Shown: positions 37,160 to 46,739 of the stretch, piece by piece
Position numbering within the stretch: the first letter of the stretch is position 1
Layout of the letters: each line of letters opens with the position of its first letter
From: Patescibacteria group bacterium
GTDB lineage: Bacteria > Patescibacteriota > SICC01
Reading direction: 5' to 3'
NCBI GenBank assembly: GCA_040902515.1
Contig: JBBDXB010000006.1
Coordinates: forward strand, 404,763 to 468,762
Length of the DNA: 64,000 nt
Made by a program: the position numbers and the translations under genes
Notes under the pieces: generated by a model
What the model was told of the DNA's origin: nothing
Database searches by the model: none
What the model saw: the letters and a program-made list of their open reading frames with translations, nothing else

Positions 37160-38011
37160 ATGTACACGATTCTCGTCTTCATCCTGGGCCTGATTTTCGG
37201 CAGCTTCCTGTCGACGGTGTTCCACCGTCTCGAAATCGAAACCGAGACGGATTCCGCACGGAGAGGAAAATCCCGTCGTCGAAAGAAAGCTGCGGAAGGG
37301 CTCGCCTCGGGCCGGTCCCGCTGCGACCATTGCAAGCGGCAGATCCCCTGGCATGACAACATTCCGCTGGCTTCGTTCCTGCTGCTGCGCGGGAAATGCC
37401 GCCACTGTGGCAAGCAGATCAGCGAGTACCATCCGGTGCTCGAGCTGACGTCCGGCCTGGCGCTGGTCGCCGCGTTCCTCGCATACGGGTTCTCCTGGCA
37501 GTTCTTAGTGGCCGGCTTCTTCGGACTGGTGATGGTCTTCCTCTTCGCCTACGACCTCCGGCACCAGATCATCCCGAATGTCGTCGTGATTCCGGCGATC
37601 GCCGTGGCCCTGGTCGTGATCCTCTTCCAGTACGTGCTGTTCCAGCAGGGCGTTCCGATTCCGCTCGGGCTCTGGTCCGCCGATCCCGACACATACCTGC
37701 TCGGGGGCGGCGTGGCCGGCCTGTTCTTCCTCGGGCTCTCCGCGGCGTCGGGGGGCCGCTGGATCGGCGGGGGTGATGTGAAGCTCGCGGCGCTGATCGG
37801 ACTGGTGCTCGGCTGGCCGGCGGTCGTGGTCGCGATCTTCATCGCTTATCTGATCGGCCTGCTTTACGCGCTGATCCTGCTCGCCACCCGCCATGCCACG
37901 CTCAAAAGCTACGTCCCCTTCGGGCCGATGCTGGTCGCCGGGTACTTCATCGCGGCATTCTACGCCGACTATTTCCTGAATTGGTACGAGGGGCTGGTGC
38001 TGCTGCAATGA
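37160..38011 (+). CDS. pilD: Prepilin peptidase PilD (A24 family) with a Lys/Arg-rich insertion in the zinc-binding N-terminal region.
   Basis: CDHCKRQIPWHDNIPLASFLLLRGKCRHCGKQIS tetracysteine. Multi-TM. Insert: DSARRGKSRRRKKAAEGLASGRS. Confidence 0.85.
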   Translation: MYTILVFILGLIFGSFLSTVFHRLEIETETDSARRGKSRRRKKAAEGLASGRSRCDHCKRQIPWHDNIPLASFLLLRGKCRHCGKQISEYHPVLELTSGLALVAAFLAYGFSWQFLVAGFFGLVMVFLFAYDLRHQIIPNVVVIPAIAVALVVILFQYVLFQQGVPIPLGLWSADPDTYLLGGGVAGLFFLGLSAASGGRWIGGGDVKLAALIGLVLGWPAVVVAIFIAYLIGLLYALILLATRHATLKSYVPFGPMLVAGYFIAAFYADYFLNWYEGLVLLQ

Positions 38012-38619
38012 AGCGGCTCGGCGCCAAGCTTGCCTTCCTGTTCCGCGACCAGCGCGGCTTCACCATGCTCGAGATGGTGACCGTGCTGGCGATCGTCGGC
38101 GTGCTGTCGGCGCTGGTCATCGTGAACACCGCGGTCGGTGACCGACGGCAGGAACTCCGCGATGCTGCGTCCCAGTTCATCACCCACGTACGGAACGTCG
38201 AGGCGCGGGCGGCCGCTTCGGAAGCCATACCCGACGAGGAGGGCAATCCCGTCTCCCGCAAGGCATACGGAATCTGCGCTTCCTCGACGGTCTCGGACGA
38301 GCCGTGTGCCCTGCCTCCGTCCGGCACCCGGGCCGATGAGTACGAGCTGTATGCCCGCCAGACGGACGACACGGACTACGCTAGCCGGCCGACGAATCCG
38401 GACATCCTGCAGACGGTGATGCTCCCGGAAGACGTGGCGTTCAGCGTGTCCGGCGGCCATCTCGACTTCCTGCCGCCGCAACCGTCGATGCTGGTGGTCG
38501 GCTCGAGTGCGGACCGTGCGATCGGGTTTCAGTACCAGGACGTCAGTAACTGCGGCGGCAGCCCGGATTGCGTGACGATCAGGTTCCGGCCGCGGGCGGG
38601 GGTAGTCTATGTTGAATAA
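38008..38619 (+). CDS. Minor pilin / pseudopilin (prepilin-type N-terminus).
   Basis: ATGA overlap with pilD. RGFTMLEMVTVLAIVGVLSALVIV. Confidence 0.7.
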   Translation: MKRLGAKLAFLFRDQRGFTMLEMVTVLAIVGVLSALVIVNTAVGDRRQELRDAASQFITHVRNVEARAAASEAIPDEEGNPVSRKAYGICASSTVSDEPCALPPSGTRADEYELYARQTDDTDYASRPTNPDILQTVMLPEDVAFSVSGGHLDFLPPQPSMLVVGSSADRAIGFQYQDVSNCGGSPDCVTIRFRPRAGVVYVE

Positions 38620-39259
38620 GCGCCGCAATCAGCGAGGATTCACGCTGGTCGAGGTCATCGTGATGATGTCCATCGTCGTGATCGGCGTCCTGGCGACGCT
38701 CTCGGTAGCCAACCTCGCGGTGCGGGCCAGCGATGCCAACGAACAGCGGGTGGCCGCCGTGAACCTGTCCCGGGAGGGCGTGGAGCTGGTACGGGCGATC
38801 CGGGACTCGAACTGGGCCGCCGCGTCGGAAGGATCCGGCGCCTCCTGCTGGAACCACTATGCCCAGTCCCCGGAACAGGCCCGGGCCGTACCGTACACCA
38901 ACAGCTGCACCGACGCGATCGGTTCGCCGGGTAGTACCTGGCACTTCGTGGTGTATCCCAACACCGGCAACGGCATGCCGTACATGCAACGGGTACCATC
39001 CGCGAATACCACGGATCCTGCGTATCGCCTGTGCCGGGTGGGTACGCCGGCGCTCTACCGTCCCTACGCAAGCGCCTGTCCCTCGGGGCAGACGTTCTTC
39101 CGGCGGGTCTCGATCAGCGTAGGCAAGGACCTGGGAACCGACGCGGATGACGGTCGGCGCAAGTACAGTTACCGGATCCGGTCATACGTGACCTGGCCCG
39201 ACAATGACCGTCCCGAGGTGTTGGTCGAGGAATACATCACCGACTGGAGGAAGCCATGA
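38609..39259 (+). CDS. Minor pilin (PilW/FimT-like).
   Basis: NQRGFTLVEVIVMMSIVVIGVLATLSVANLAV. 11-nt overlap with the upstream gene. Confidence 0.7.
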   Translation: MLNKRRNQRGFTLVEVIVMMSIVVIGVLATLSVANLAVRASDANEQRVAAVNLSREGVELVRAIRDSNWAAASEGSGASCWNHYAQSPEQARAVPYTNSCTDAIGSPGSTWHFVVYPNTGNGMPYMQRVPSANTTDPAYRLCRVGTPALYRPYASACPSGQTFFRRVSISVGKDLGTDADDGRRKYSYRIRSYVTWPDNDRPEVLVEEYITDWRKP

Positions 39260-40509
39260 TCGGGCGGCGGATCCGCGGTGTGCTCCGCGACCAGCGGGGA
39301 TACACCCTGATCGAGCTGGTCGTCTCCTCGACCATCTTCATCCTGCTGGCGGTCGTAGTGGTCGGCGTGTTGGTCAGCGTTACCCAGACTTCCAGCAAGA
39401 CCGCCGCCCAGCGCAAGGTTCAACAGGATGCCCGGGTGAACATCGAGGAGGTCGCCCGTGCGGTCCGGACGTCGAGAATCGACTACTCGTTCTATCGTGA
39501 GAATGCCGGCGACGCCCGTTGCCGGTTGCCTGGCGACGCGACCGGCAGCCGGGCCTTGCCGTTGCTGCAGACCGTGGCGGGGCCGGCCAATGCGCCGGAC
39601 GACAGCACGCGCGTGGTCTTCTTCTACGACCCGGGAACGGCTGCGGATGGTAGCGAGGGGGCTCTGTATCGCTATGAGAACAGTGCGGATGCGGCGGCAC
39701 CGACCTGCAATGAGCTGTTCGCGGCCGCGGACAACGTCCGGTTGACCGCGGACAACGTCGCGGTCACGGCGACCCGCTTCTTCGTCAGCCCGCTGACCGA
39801 TCCCGACGGAGCGGACTGTCCCGGGGCCGTCCCGAACGCCTCCTGCCAGCTCCCGAAGAATACCCATCCCCGCGTGACCATCAGCGCGACCGTGCGCACG
39901 AAGCAAGTGGTCGCCCTGACTCCGAACGAACAGGCGGAGACCAGCGAGACGGTCCTCCAGACGACCGTCGGCAGCCGGTCGTATCCGATCGACAACCTGT
40001 CGGGGCAATCGGAAGGATCCGCTCCCGGACCCGCGCCGGTAATCCTGATCAAGGATGGAAACGACTACGCGCTCTGCCAGGATTCCAGCCGTTCCGATTA
40101 CTGCCAGAGCGACCCCGCCAAACCTACCGCGGTCTACTCGCTCAGCGGCGGCACGGGAGGGAACCCGGTGTTCCGCACGGCGTACATCTTCTCGGTGCCA
40201 TCCGCCGGCACGTACGACCTGAAGCTTTCCTATTACAACTTTTCGCTCGGGGGATTGAATCCTCCCTCCGGGTACAGCTACGAGGTCACGGCATGGGTAC
40301 TCCTGCCGAGCGGCTGGAGACAGGAGGTCGTCAATCTGCCGATCGAGGCCGCGCCCACCAGCTCCAACCCGCGTGGCGGAACCCTGATCACCGGCCTGAG
40401 CCTTCCCGAGGATGACGCCGTCGTCGTGATCGACTGGGCGAACGACTCCTACCAGGCCGGCGTGTATGACGCGAACTTCGGCATCGTTAACGTTTCCCTG
40501 GAGCAATGA
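39256..40509 (+). CDS. Large minor pilin (417 aa).
   Basis: RGYTLIELVVSSTIFILLAVVVVGVLVSV. ATGA overlap. Confidence 0.65.
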   Translation: MIGRRIRGVLRDQRGYTLIELVVSSTIFILLAVVVVGVLVSVTQTSSKTAAQRKVQQDARVNIEEVARAVRTSRIDYSFYRENAGDARCRLPGDATGSRALPLLQTVAGPANAPDDSTRVVFFYDPGTAADGSEGALYRYENSADAAAPTCNELFAAADNVRLTADNVAVTATRFFVSPLTDPDGADCPGAVPNASCQLPKNTHPRVTISATVRTKQVVALTPNEQAETSETVLQTTVGSRSYPIDNLSGQSEGSAPGPAPVILIKDGNDYALCQDSSRSDYCQSDPAKPTAVYSLSGGTGGNPVFRTAYIFSVPSAGTYDLKLSYYNFSLGGLNPPSGYSYEVTAWVLLPSGWRQEVVNLPIEAAPTSSNPRGGTLITGLSLPEDDAVVVIDWANDSYQAGVYDANFGIVNVSLEQ

Positions 40510-42197
40510 TGAAGCGCTTCCTGCGAGACCGTGTCGGCAACCGGGGCAACGCCGTCCTGTTCTCCCTGGTAATCATGGGTTCGGCGTTGACGGCCAGTCT
40601 CGGCATGACCGCCCTGGTCGCGAGCGAGATCCGGAACGTGGCACTGATTCCGCCATCGGAACGGGCGTACTACAAGGCGGAGAGCTATATCGAGCAGGGG
40701 CTTTGGGAGAAGAAGCAGGATCCGAACTTCCAGCACCCCCCCGCGGATGACCCGGACGCCGCGCTGCCGACCGACTTCCTGTGTCCCGGGGGCGATTGCT
40801 TCGAGAGCGATCCCGGCGACCAGGCCGGCCTGCTGACCGAATTCGTGGCCACTACTTCTCCGGTCGAAGAAGAGGTGCCGCTCAAGCAGGACGTGCCTCA
40901 GCAATTGGACATCGCCACCACTGCGACCACCCCCGATAGCGGTTGCCTGGACCTTGGAACCGTCTCCGGCGAGAGCGGCTTCAATGGCGTGGAGGTCTCG
41001 ATCATCGCGTTCCCAGACAGCGATGCCACCGACCGGTTCCCGACCGACAACCCCTCGACCCCGGTGTTCGTCGAGAAGAAGGTGATTCCGGCGGGCGACA
41101 GTCCGGACATCCTGCTCGGTGCGGGAACCACGAACGCGCTCGGCGAGCAGTCGCCGCCGCTCAAGGATTCCACGTTCCGCCTGCGGCTCAAGGCGCTTGG
41201 CGCCGACGCGAGCATCGAACCGCGGGTCAGCACGGGCGGCTGCGGGAGCGGGAACCTGCTGGCACTCCGCAGCCCCGACTTCACGGTCCGGGCGGTAGCC
41301 AAGGATGCCTCCGCGCAACGCGGGATCCAGGTGCTGACGCCGGCGGCCGAGGAAATCGTGAATGTCTTCGATCACGTCCTGTTCTCCGACCTCGACTTGT
41401 CCAAACTCGATGCCAAGGTACCGGAGGAGGCCACCAGCCAGTCGGTCGTGGTGCCGGTACGGATGGTCAGCAACTGCAGCTCGGGCAGCGAGCGGCCGAT
41501 TCCCGCGATCGACCACGGGTCGTCGATCCTGAACGTGACGATTACCGGCGGCCAGAGCGCGCCGGTAGGCTCCGGCAGTCAGGTGATCTTCACCAACCTG
41601 GAGCCAGGACTGGAGTACCAGGTCAATACCACTTCCGCAGGAAACTGGTATATGAGCTGCGGTGCCCGTTCGGTGGTTACCCAAGCGAACCAGCAGGTGA
41701 CTGCACCGACCCTCCGCGTGGTACCGCGGTCTCGGATACCGCTGTACCGGTTGTGGAGCCTTTCGCACTTCGCCGACCACTTCTATACCATCAACGTCAA
41801 TGAGTACAACCAGCGGCGGGACCTTATCTCGGGAGCGGCACCGTATAATTCGCCGGAAGGAATTACCGGCTACGTCTACCAGACCCAGAAACCGGGGACC
41901 GGCCCGTTTTACCGACTGTGGAAACCGGGCGTGGCGGACCACTTCTATACGATGAGTACGGCGGAGCGTAATAGTGCGGTAGCCGTCCATGGGTACGTCT
42001 ACCAGAACATTTCCGGGTATATGTGGCCATACAACGGCACGTGTCCCGAAGGCACTACCCAGCTCTACCGCAGCAACCGGGGTGATGACCACCTGTACAC
42101 CACCAGTATTAGTGAGTGGAATTCCGCCGCCGCCGCGAGCCCGCCCTGGGTGAAAGAGGGCATCGCCGGCTGCATCTGGACCACACCGCAACTATGA
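40506..42197 (+). CDS. PilX-N-terminal-like pilus protein with three C-terminal DUF5648-type ~40-aa repeats. Candidate tip adhesin.
   Basis: N-terminus NRGNAVLFSLVIMGSALTASLGMTALVASEI (PilX_N-like). Repeats: PLYRLWSLSHFADHFYTINVNEY...EGITGYVY, PFYRLWKPGVADHFYTMSTAERN...HGYVY and QLYRSNRGDDHLYTTSISEWN...EGIAGCIW. Family names recalled from memory. Confidence 0.65.
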   Translation: MMKRFLRDRVGNRGNAVLFSLVIMGSALTASLGMTALVASEIRNVALIPPSERAYYKAESYIEQGLWEKKQDPNFQHPPADDPDAALPTDFLCPGGDCFESDPGDQAGLLTEFVATTSPVEEEVPLKQDVPQQLDIATTATTPDSGCLDLGTVSGESGFNGVEVSIIAFPDSDATDRFPTDNPSTPVFVEKKVIPAGDSPDILLGAGTTNALGEQSPPLKDSTFRLRLKALGADASIEPRVSTGGCGSGNLLALRSPDFTVRAVAKDASAQRGIQVLTPAAEEIVNVFDHVLFSDLDLSKLDAKVPEEATSQSVVVPVRMVSNCSSGSERPIPAIDHGSSILNVTITGGQSAPVGSGSQVIFTNLEPGLEYQVNTTSAGNWYMSCGARSVVTQANQQVTAPTLRVVPRSRIPLYRLWSLSHFADHFYTINVNEYNQRRDLISGAAPYNSPEGITGYVYQTQKPGTGPFYRLWKPGVADHFYTMSTAERNSAVAVHGYVYQNISGYMWPYNGTCPEGTTQLYRSNRGDDHLYTTSISEWNSAAAASPPWVKEGIAGCIWTTPQL

Positions 42198-42595
42198 TCA
42201 CGATCCATACCGACGGCGGAGCCCGCGGCAACCCCGGTCCGGCGGCGATCGGCGGCGTGATCGCCCGCGACGGTGAAGTGCTTGAGGAATTCTCGGCGTA
42301 CATCGGTCGTGCGACCAACAACCAGGCGGAGTATCAGGCGCTGCTGGCCGGCCTCGACCGGGCGCGTAAACACACAGACGAGGACGTCCGGTGTACGCTC
42401 GATTCCGAGCTGCTCGTGAAACAGCTCAACGGTGAGTACAAGATCAAAAGCCCGGAACTGAAGAAGCTCGCGCACCAGGTGCGGGGACTCGAAGAACATT
42501 TCCGGAGCGTGCGGTACGAGCACACGTATCGCGAGGGCAACAAGCGGGCCGACGCGCTCGTGAACCGGGCGCTTGACCGCGAGCTGGCCGGTTGA
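42194..42595 (+). CDS. rnhA: Ribonuclease HI.
   Basis: MITIHTDGGARGNPGPAAIGGVI...NNQAEYQALLAGL...TLDSELLVKQLNGEYK...YEHTYREGNKRADALVN. ATGA overlap with the upstream pilus gene. Confidence 0.85.
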   Translation: MITIHTDGGARGNPGPAAIGGVIARDGEVLEEFSAYIGRATNNQAEYQALLAGLDRARKHTDEDVRCTLDSELLVKQLNGEYKIKSPELKKLAHQVRGLEEHFRSVRYEHTYREGNKRADALVNRALDRELAG

Positions 42596-42624
42596 TTTCG
42601 ACGCGGGAACCGGCTATGCTACGC

Positions 42625-43014
42625 GTCCGGTCGGCAGACTACGCAGCCGCCGGGCACCTTATCAGTGCCGGGAGGAAAGTCCGAGCACCATCGGGCGGCG
42701 CGGTCGGTAACCCCGACCCGGAGCAATCCGAGGGATAGTGCCACAGAGACCATACCGCCGATGGCCCGTCTCGCGACGGGCACAGGCAAGGGTGAAAAGC
42801 GTGCGGTAAGAGCGCACGGTCGCCGCCGGTGACGGCGGCGGGAGGTAAACCCCGCGCGGTGCAAGGTAAACAGGACCAGGGCGGCCCGTCCGTTACGGTC
42901 CGGGTTACCGCTCGATCCCGCGGGCAATCGCGGGGCTAGATGGATGGCTGCGCTGCTTCGCACCGCGAGGCGCGGAGCACGACAGAACTCGGCTTACCGG
43001 TCCGCCGGCCGTGG
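42625..43014 (+). ncRNA. rnpB: RNase P RNA (bacterial type A).
   Basis: Conserved blocks GGGAGGAAAGTCCGAGCACC, AGGGTGAAAAGCGTGCGGTAAGAGCGCACG and ACAGAACTCGGCTTACCGGTC. P1 pairing CGGTCGGC(42628)/GCCGGCCG(43011). A hairpin plus T-run at 43026-43059 would terminate it. Overlapping minus-strand ORFs are rejected. Confidence 0.8.
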
Positions 43015-43116
43015 ACACATCGTGAGACGCTCCCTGACGGGGGCGTTTTGCGTTTCCCGGACGGATCCGGCCGCGTGAGGACAGGTCGCCCTTGGTCGCG
43101 GTAAGCTGGGAGGGAA

Positions 43117-44514
43117 ATGAAACGTTCGGAACTGGCCATCTCCGCTCTGCTGGTGCCGCTTGACGCGCTCGCGGTCTTCGCCGCGTTCCTGATCTCCTAC
43201 TACGTCCGCGTGGAGTCGGGGGCGTTGCCGGTGGCCACGGTCCTGCCGCTTGAACGCTACTTGGTGATCGCGGCCGGCATCACCGCCGTCTGGCTGGTGA
43301 TCTTCGCGTTGTTGAAGATGTACCGGCAGCAGAGCACCCGCCGCGGCCTGAGCGAGTTCGCACGGATCCTGGCGGGCTCGACGATCGGCACGCTGGCGGT
43401 CGTGGCGCTGATCTTCTTCCTGCGGGTGGACTTCTTCTCGCGATTCGTGATCCTGTTCGGGTTCGTGGCGAGCATCCTGCTGGTCACGCTCGTCCGGGCC
43501 GCCGTCCGGCTGCTCCAGCAGTACCTCTTCCGGTACGGGATCGGTGTCCGCCGGGCCGTGGTCATCGGGACCGGCCCGACCGCCCGGACTCTCGCCCGCG
43601 AACTCGCGGCCGGCAGCCGCGGGTACCGGATCCTCGGTTTCGTCGCGACAGGCGGCCCGGCACGCGGCAAGGAGGTCCTGGGACGCCAGAAGGACCTGTC
43701 GAGGATCCTGAAGCGGTACCGTCCTGACGAGCTGATCGATGCCGATCCGGACCTGTCGGACGAACAGAAGCTCTCGCTGCTCCACGCCACCGAAGATGCC
43801 CATGTGGACTTCCGGTTCGTACCGAGCACGCCGGAACTGGCTACCGGTCGCGTCGGCGTGGCGGCGATCGGCGGGATCCCGGTGATGACGCTGCTCCGGA
43901 CGCCGCTCGAAGGCTGGGGCCGGATCGGCAAGCGGGTCCTCGACCTTGCCGGCAGCATCCTGGTGCTGCCGTTCTTCCTGGTGCTCCTGCCGTTCGTCGC
44001 CGTGGCGATCAAGCTCGACTCGCGCGGCCCGGTGATCTTCAAGCAAACGAGGGTCGGCCGGGCGGGGAAGCCCTTCACGTACTATAAATTCCGGGGCATG
44101 GTGAAGGACGCCGAGAAGCGGCTTCCCGGGCTCCGACGCTACAATGAGGCCAGCGGCCCCGTCTTCAAGATGAAGGATGATCCGCGGGTGACCCGGGTCG
44201 GCGGGTTCCTCCGGAAGACCAGTCTCGATGAGCTGCCGCAGGTCATCAACGTCCTGAAGGGCGACATGAGCCTGGTCGGACCACGCCCGCCGATTCCCTC
44301 GGAGGTGAGGCAATACACCCGCGAGCAGCGCCGCCGCCTGACGATCAAGCCGGGTATCACCGGACCGTGGCAGGTCTCGGGCCGGAGTGACGTCGGGTTC
44401 GACGAGTGGATCCGGCTCGACCTCTACTACATCCAGCACTGGTCGCTGCTGCTCGACCTGACGATCCTGCTCAAGACCGTGAAGGTCGTACTCGCGAGGA
44501 AGGGAGCGTACTAG
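43117..44514 (+). CDS. Polyprenyl-phosphate sugar-1-phosphate transferase (WbaP/CpsE-type bacterial sugar transferase).
   Basis: [57 protein letters not shown]...[20 protein letters not shown]. Confidence 0.85.
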   Translation: MKRSELAISALLVPLDALAVFAAFLISYYVRVESGALPVATVLPLERYLVIAAGITAVWLVIFALLKMYRQQSTRRGLSEFARILAGSTIGTLAVVALIFFLRVDFFSRFVILFGFVASILLVTLVRAAVRLLQQYLFRYGIGVRRAVVIGTGPTARTLARELAAGSRGYRILGFVATGGPARGKEVLGRQKDLSRILKRYRPDELIDADPDLSDEQKLSLLHATEDAHVDFRFVPSTPELATGRVGVAAIGGIPVMTLLRTPLEGWGRIGKRVLDLAGSILVLPFFLVLLPFVAVAIKLDSRGPVIFKQTRVGRAGKPFTYYKFRGMVKDAEKRLPGLRRYNEASGPVFKMKDDPRVTRVGGFLRKTSLDELPQVINVLKGDMSLVGPRPPIPSEVRQYTREQRRRLTIKPGITGPWQVSGRSDVGFDEWIRLDLYYIQHWSLLLDLTILLKTVKVVLARKGAY

Positions 44515-44518
44515 CCGG

Positions 44519-45640
44519 ATGAGCCGGAAACTCCGGGTCGCGCTCGTGCACGACCATCTCGTGCAGGACGGCGGTGCCGAGCAGGTGCTCCGCGTCTTCA
44601 TGCGGATGTGGCCGGAGGCGCCGGTCTACACCGCGTTCTTCGACCCGGTCAGGATGGGCAAGGACTTCGCCAAGCAGGACATCCGTACCAGCTTCCTGGA
44701 CGACCTGCCGCTGGCGCGACGCTACTACAAATGGACGCTCCGCTGGTTGGACGGGGCGTTCCGGCGGTTCGATCTCTCGGACTACGACATCGTACTCTCT
44801 TCGGCGTCCGGCTGGGCCAAGTCGGTCCGGACCGGTCCCGGGACGCTCCACGTCTGCTACTGTCATACGCCGATTCGGTACATCTGGAGCGATGTCGACC
44901 GCTACATCACGGAAACCGGCTACCCGGCACCGCTCAAGGCGATGTTCCGGAGGATGCTCGCCGGGTTCCGTCGCCGCGACCTTCGGGCCGCCGCCGGCGT
45001 CGATGACTTAATCGCCAATTCGGAGTACGTCCGCCGGCGTATCCGCCGGTACTACGGCCGCCCGGCCGCGGTAATCCATCCGCCGGTGGACATCGCTAAG
45101 TTCAAGCCGTCGCGACGGCAGGGAGGATACTTCCTCGTTGCCGGGCGGCTCGAACCGTACAAGCGCAATGACATCGTGATCGAAGCGACGAACCGCTTGC
45201 AGGCCCCGCTCGTCGTGATGGGTGACGGCACCGACCGCCCCCGGCTGCAGCGGCTCGCCGGGAAGACCGTCCGGTTCACCGGGAGGGTCTCCGATGCCCG
45301 GCGCCGGACGGTCTTCTCCGAAGCGACGGCCCTGGTCAATCCGCAGGACGAGGACTTCGGGATTACCGCGGTGGAGGCGCTGGCTTCCGGCACCCCCGTG
45401 ATCGCATACCGGAAAGGCGGCGCGACGGAAATCCTCACGCCGCGGACCGGCCGGTTCTTCACCGCCCAAACGCCCGCCGCGGTCGCGGCGGCGATGCGGG
45501 CGTTCGATCGGGACGCCTTCTCCCGCCAGGACCTGGTTGCCCGCGCCCGCGAGTTCGCGGTGGCGCGGTTCGAGCGGCGGATCCGCAGCCATGTCGACGA
45601 AGCGTATGACCGGTTCACGCGCCATGCGGATCGCGGTTGA
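44519..45640 (+). CDS. Glycosyltransferase family 4.
   Basis: DEDFGITAVEALASGTPVIAYRKGGATEIL. Confidence 0.8.
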   Translation: MSRKLRVALVHDHLVQDGGAEQVLRVFMRMWPEAPVYTAFFDPVRMGKDFAKQDIRTSFLDDLPLARRYYKWTLRWLDGAFRRFDLSDYDIVLSSASGWAKSVRTGPGTLHVCYCHTPIRYIWSDVDRYITETGYPAPLKAMFRRMLAGFRRRDLRAAAGVDDLIANSEYVRRRIRRYYGRPAAVIHPPVDIAKFKPSRRQGGYFLVAGRLEPYKRNDIVIEATNRLQAPLVVMGDGTDRPRLQRLAGKTVRFTGRVSDARRRTVFSEATALVNPQDEDFGITAVEALASGTPVIAYRKGGATEILTPRTGRFFTAQTPAAVAAAMRAFDRDAFSRQDLVARAREFAVARFERRIRSHVDEAYDRFTRHADRG

Positions 45641-46739
45641 TGCGCGGAGCCTCGCCGCACCGACCGGGCGGGGGGTAAGCCACTATGCCGAATCCTTGCT
45701 CGGTGAGCTGGCCCGGCGGCACCCGGAGGACGAATGGGTGCTGCTCCAGATGGGACGCCGGGCCTGGCATCCCCCGCGTGTGCTCCGGCGCCGGAACGTC
45801 ACCGTCTGCCACCGGCGCCTCCCGAACAAATTCCTCAACGCGTCGCTCGCTGCCACCGGGATGCCGAGCCTGCGCTCGCTGGCCGGTGACGTGGACGCGT
45901 TCTTCATGCCGAACCTGGGGTTCCTGCCGCGCCTCGGCGGCGTGCCGCTGGTCCTGACCGTGCATGATCTCTCGTTCGAAACGTATCCGCGGTTCTACTC
46001 GCCGCGGGAGCGGCTCTGGCACGCGGCGGTCCGGCCCCGGCACCTGGTCGGGAAAGCGTCCCGTATCCTCGCCGTCTCGGGCCAGACCGAACGCGAGCTC
46101 ATGCGGACGTACGGCACGCGGCGGAACCGGATCACCGTCGTATCTCCCGGGGTGGATGCGGGATACCGACCGCCCTCCGCTCGGGAACGTGGCCGGATCC
46201 GGCGGAAATACCGGCTGCCCCGGTCCTATTTCCTGTACGTCGGCGCCTACGAGCCGCGCAAGAACCTGCCGCTCCTTTTGGACGGCTATGCTCGTGCCCG
46301 TGCCGCGGGGCTGACGGCCGAGCTGGTATTGGTCGGCCCGGGGACCGGCCGAGCCGCTGATCGGGCCCGTCGCGCCGACGCCACGGTACTTGGCTACGTC
46401 CCGGAACGGGACAAGGCCGGATTGTACGGCGGTGCGTTGGCGGTGACGCTGCTTTCCCGCCATGAGGGGTTCGGCCTGCCGCCGCTGGAGGCGCTGGCCT
46501 GCGGCACGCCCTCCCTGGTCAGTCCGCTTCGGATCTTCGACGAGACGGTCGGGCCGGCGGCGCTCCGGGCCGGTACCGTTCGGGACGTGGCGAGTGAGCT
46601 GGTACGCTTGGAACGTAGCCCGGGGCTGCGTTCGGGGCTGGTGCGCCGCGGCAAGGACCGGCTCTCGCAATTCCGCTGGCCGGAAACGGCGGAGAAAGCA
46701 TATGAAACGATCAGCAAGACCGTCCATGAGCATACGTGA
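45624..46739 (+). CDS. Glycosyltransferase family 4.
   Basis: HEGFGLPPLEALACGTPSLVSPLRIFDET. Start taken at ATG 45624 (MRIAVDARSL) with a 17-nt overlap, rather than the track start at 45537. Confidence 0.75.
   Translation: MRIAVDARSLAAPTGRGVSHYAESLLGELARRHPEDEWVLLQMGRRAWHPPRVLRRRNVTVCHRRLPNKFLNASLAATGMPSLRSLAGDVDAFFMPNLGFLPRLGGVPLVLTVHDLSFETYPRFYSPRERLWHAAVRPRHLVGKASRILAVSGQTERELMRTYGTRRNRITVVSPGVDAGYRPPSARERGRIRRKYRLPRSYFLYVGAYEPRKNLPLLLDGYARARAAGLTAELVLVGPGTGRAADRARRADATVLGYVPERDKAGLYGGALAVTLLSRHEGFGLPPLEALACGTPSLVSPLRIFDETVGPAALRAGTVRDVASELVRLERSPGLRSGLVRRGKDRLSQFRWPETAEKAYETISKTVHEHT

Noticed and set aside
42619-43139. Two minus-strand ORFs (42619-42963 and 42936-43139)
   Set aside because: They lie entirely within the RNase P RNA gene. 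Their translations are Arg/Pro/Ala-rich.
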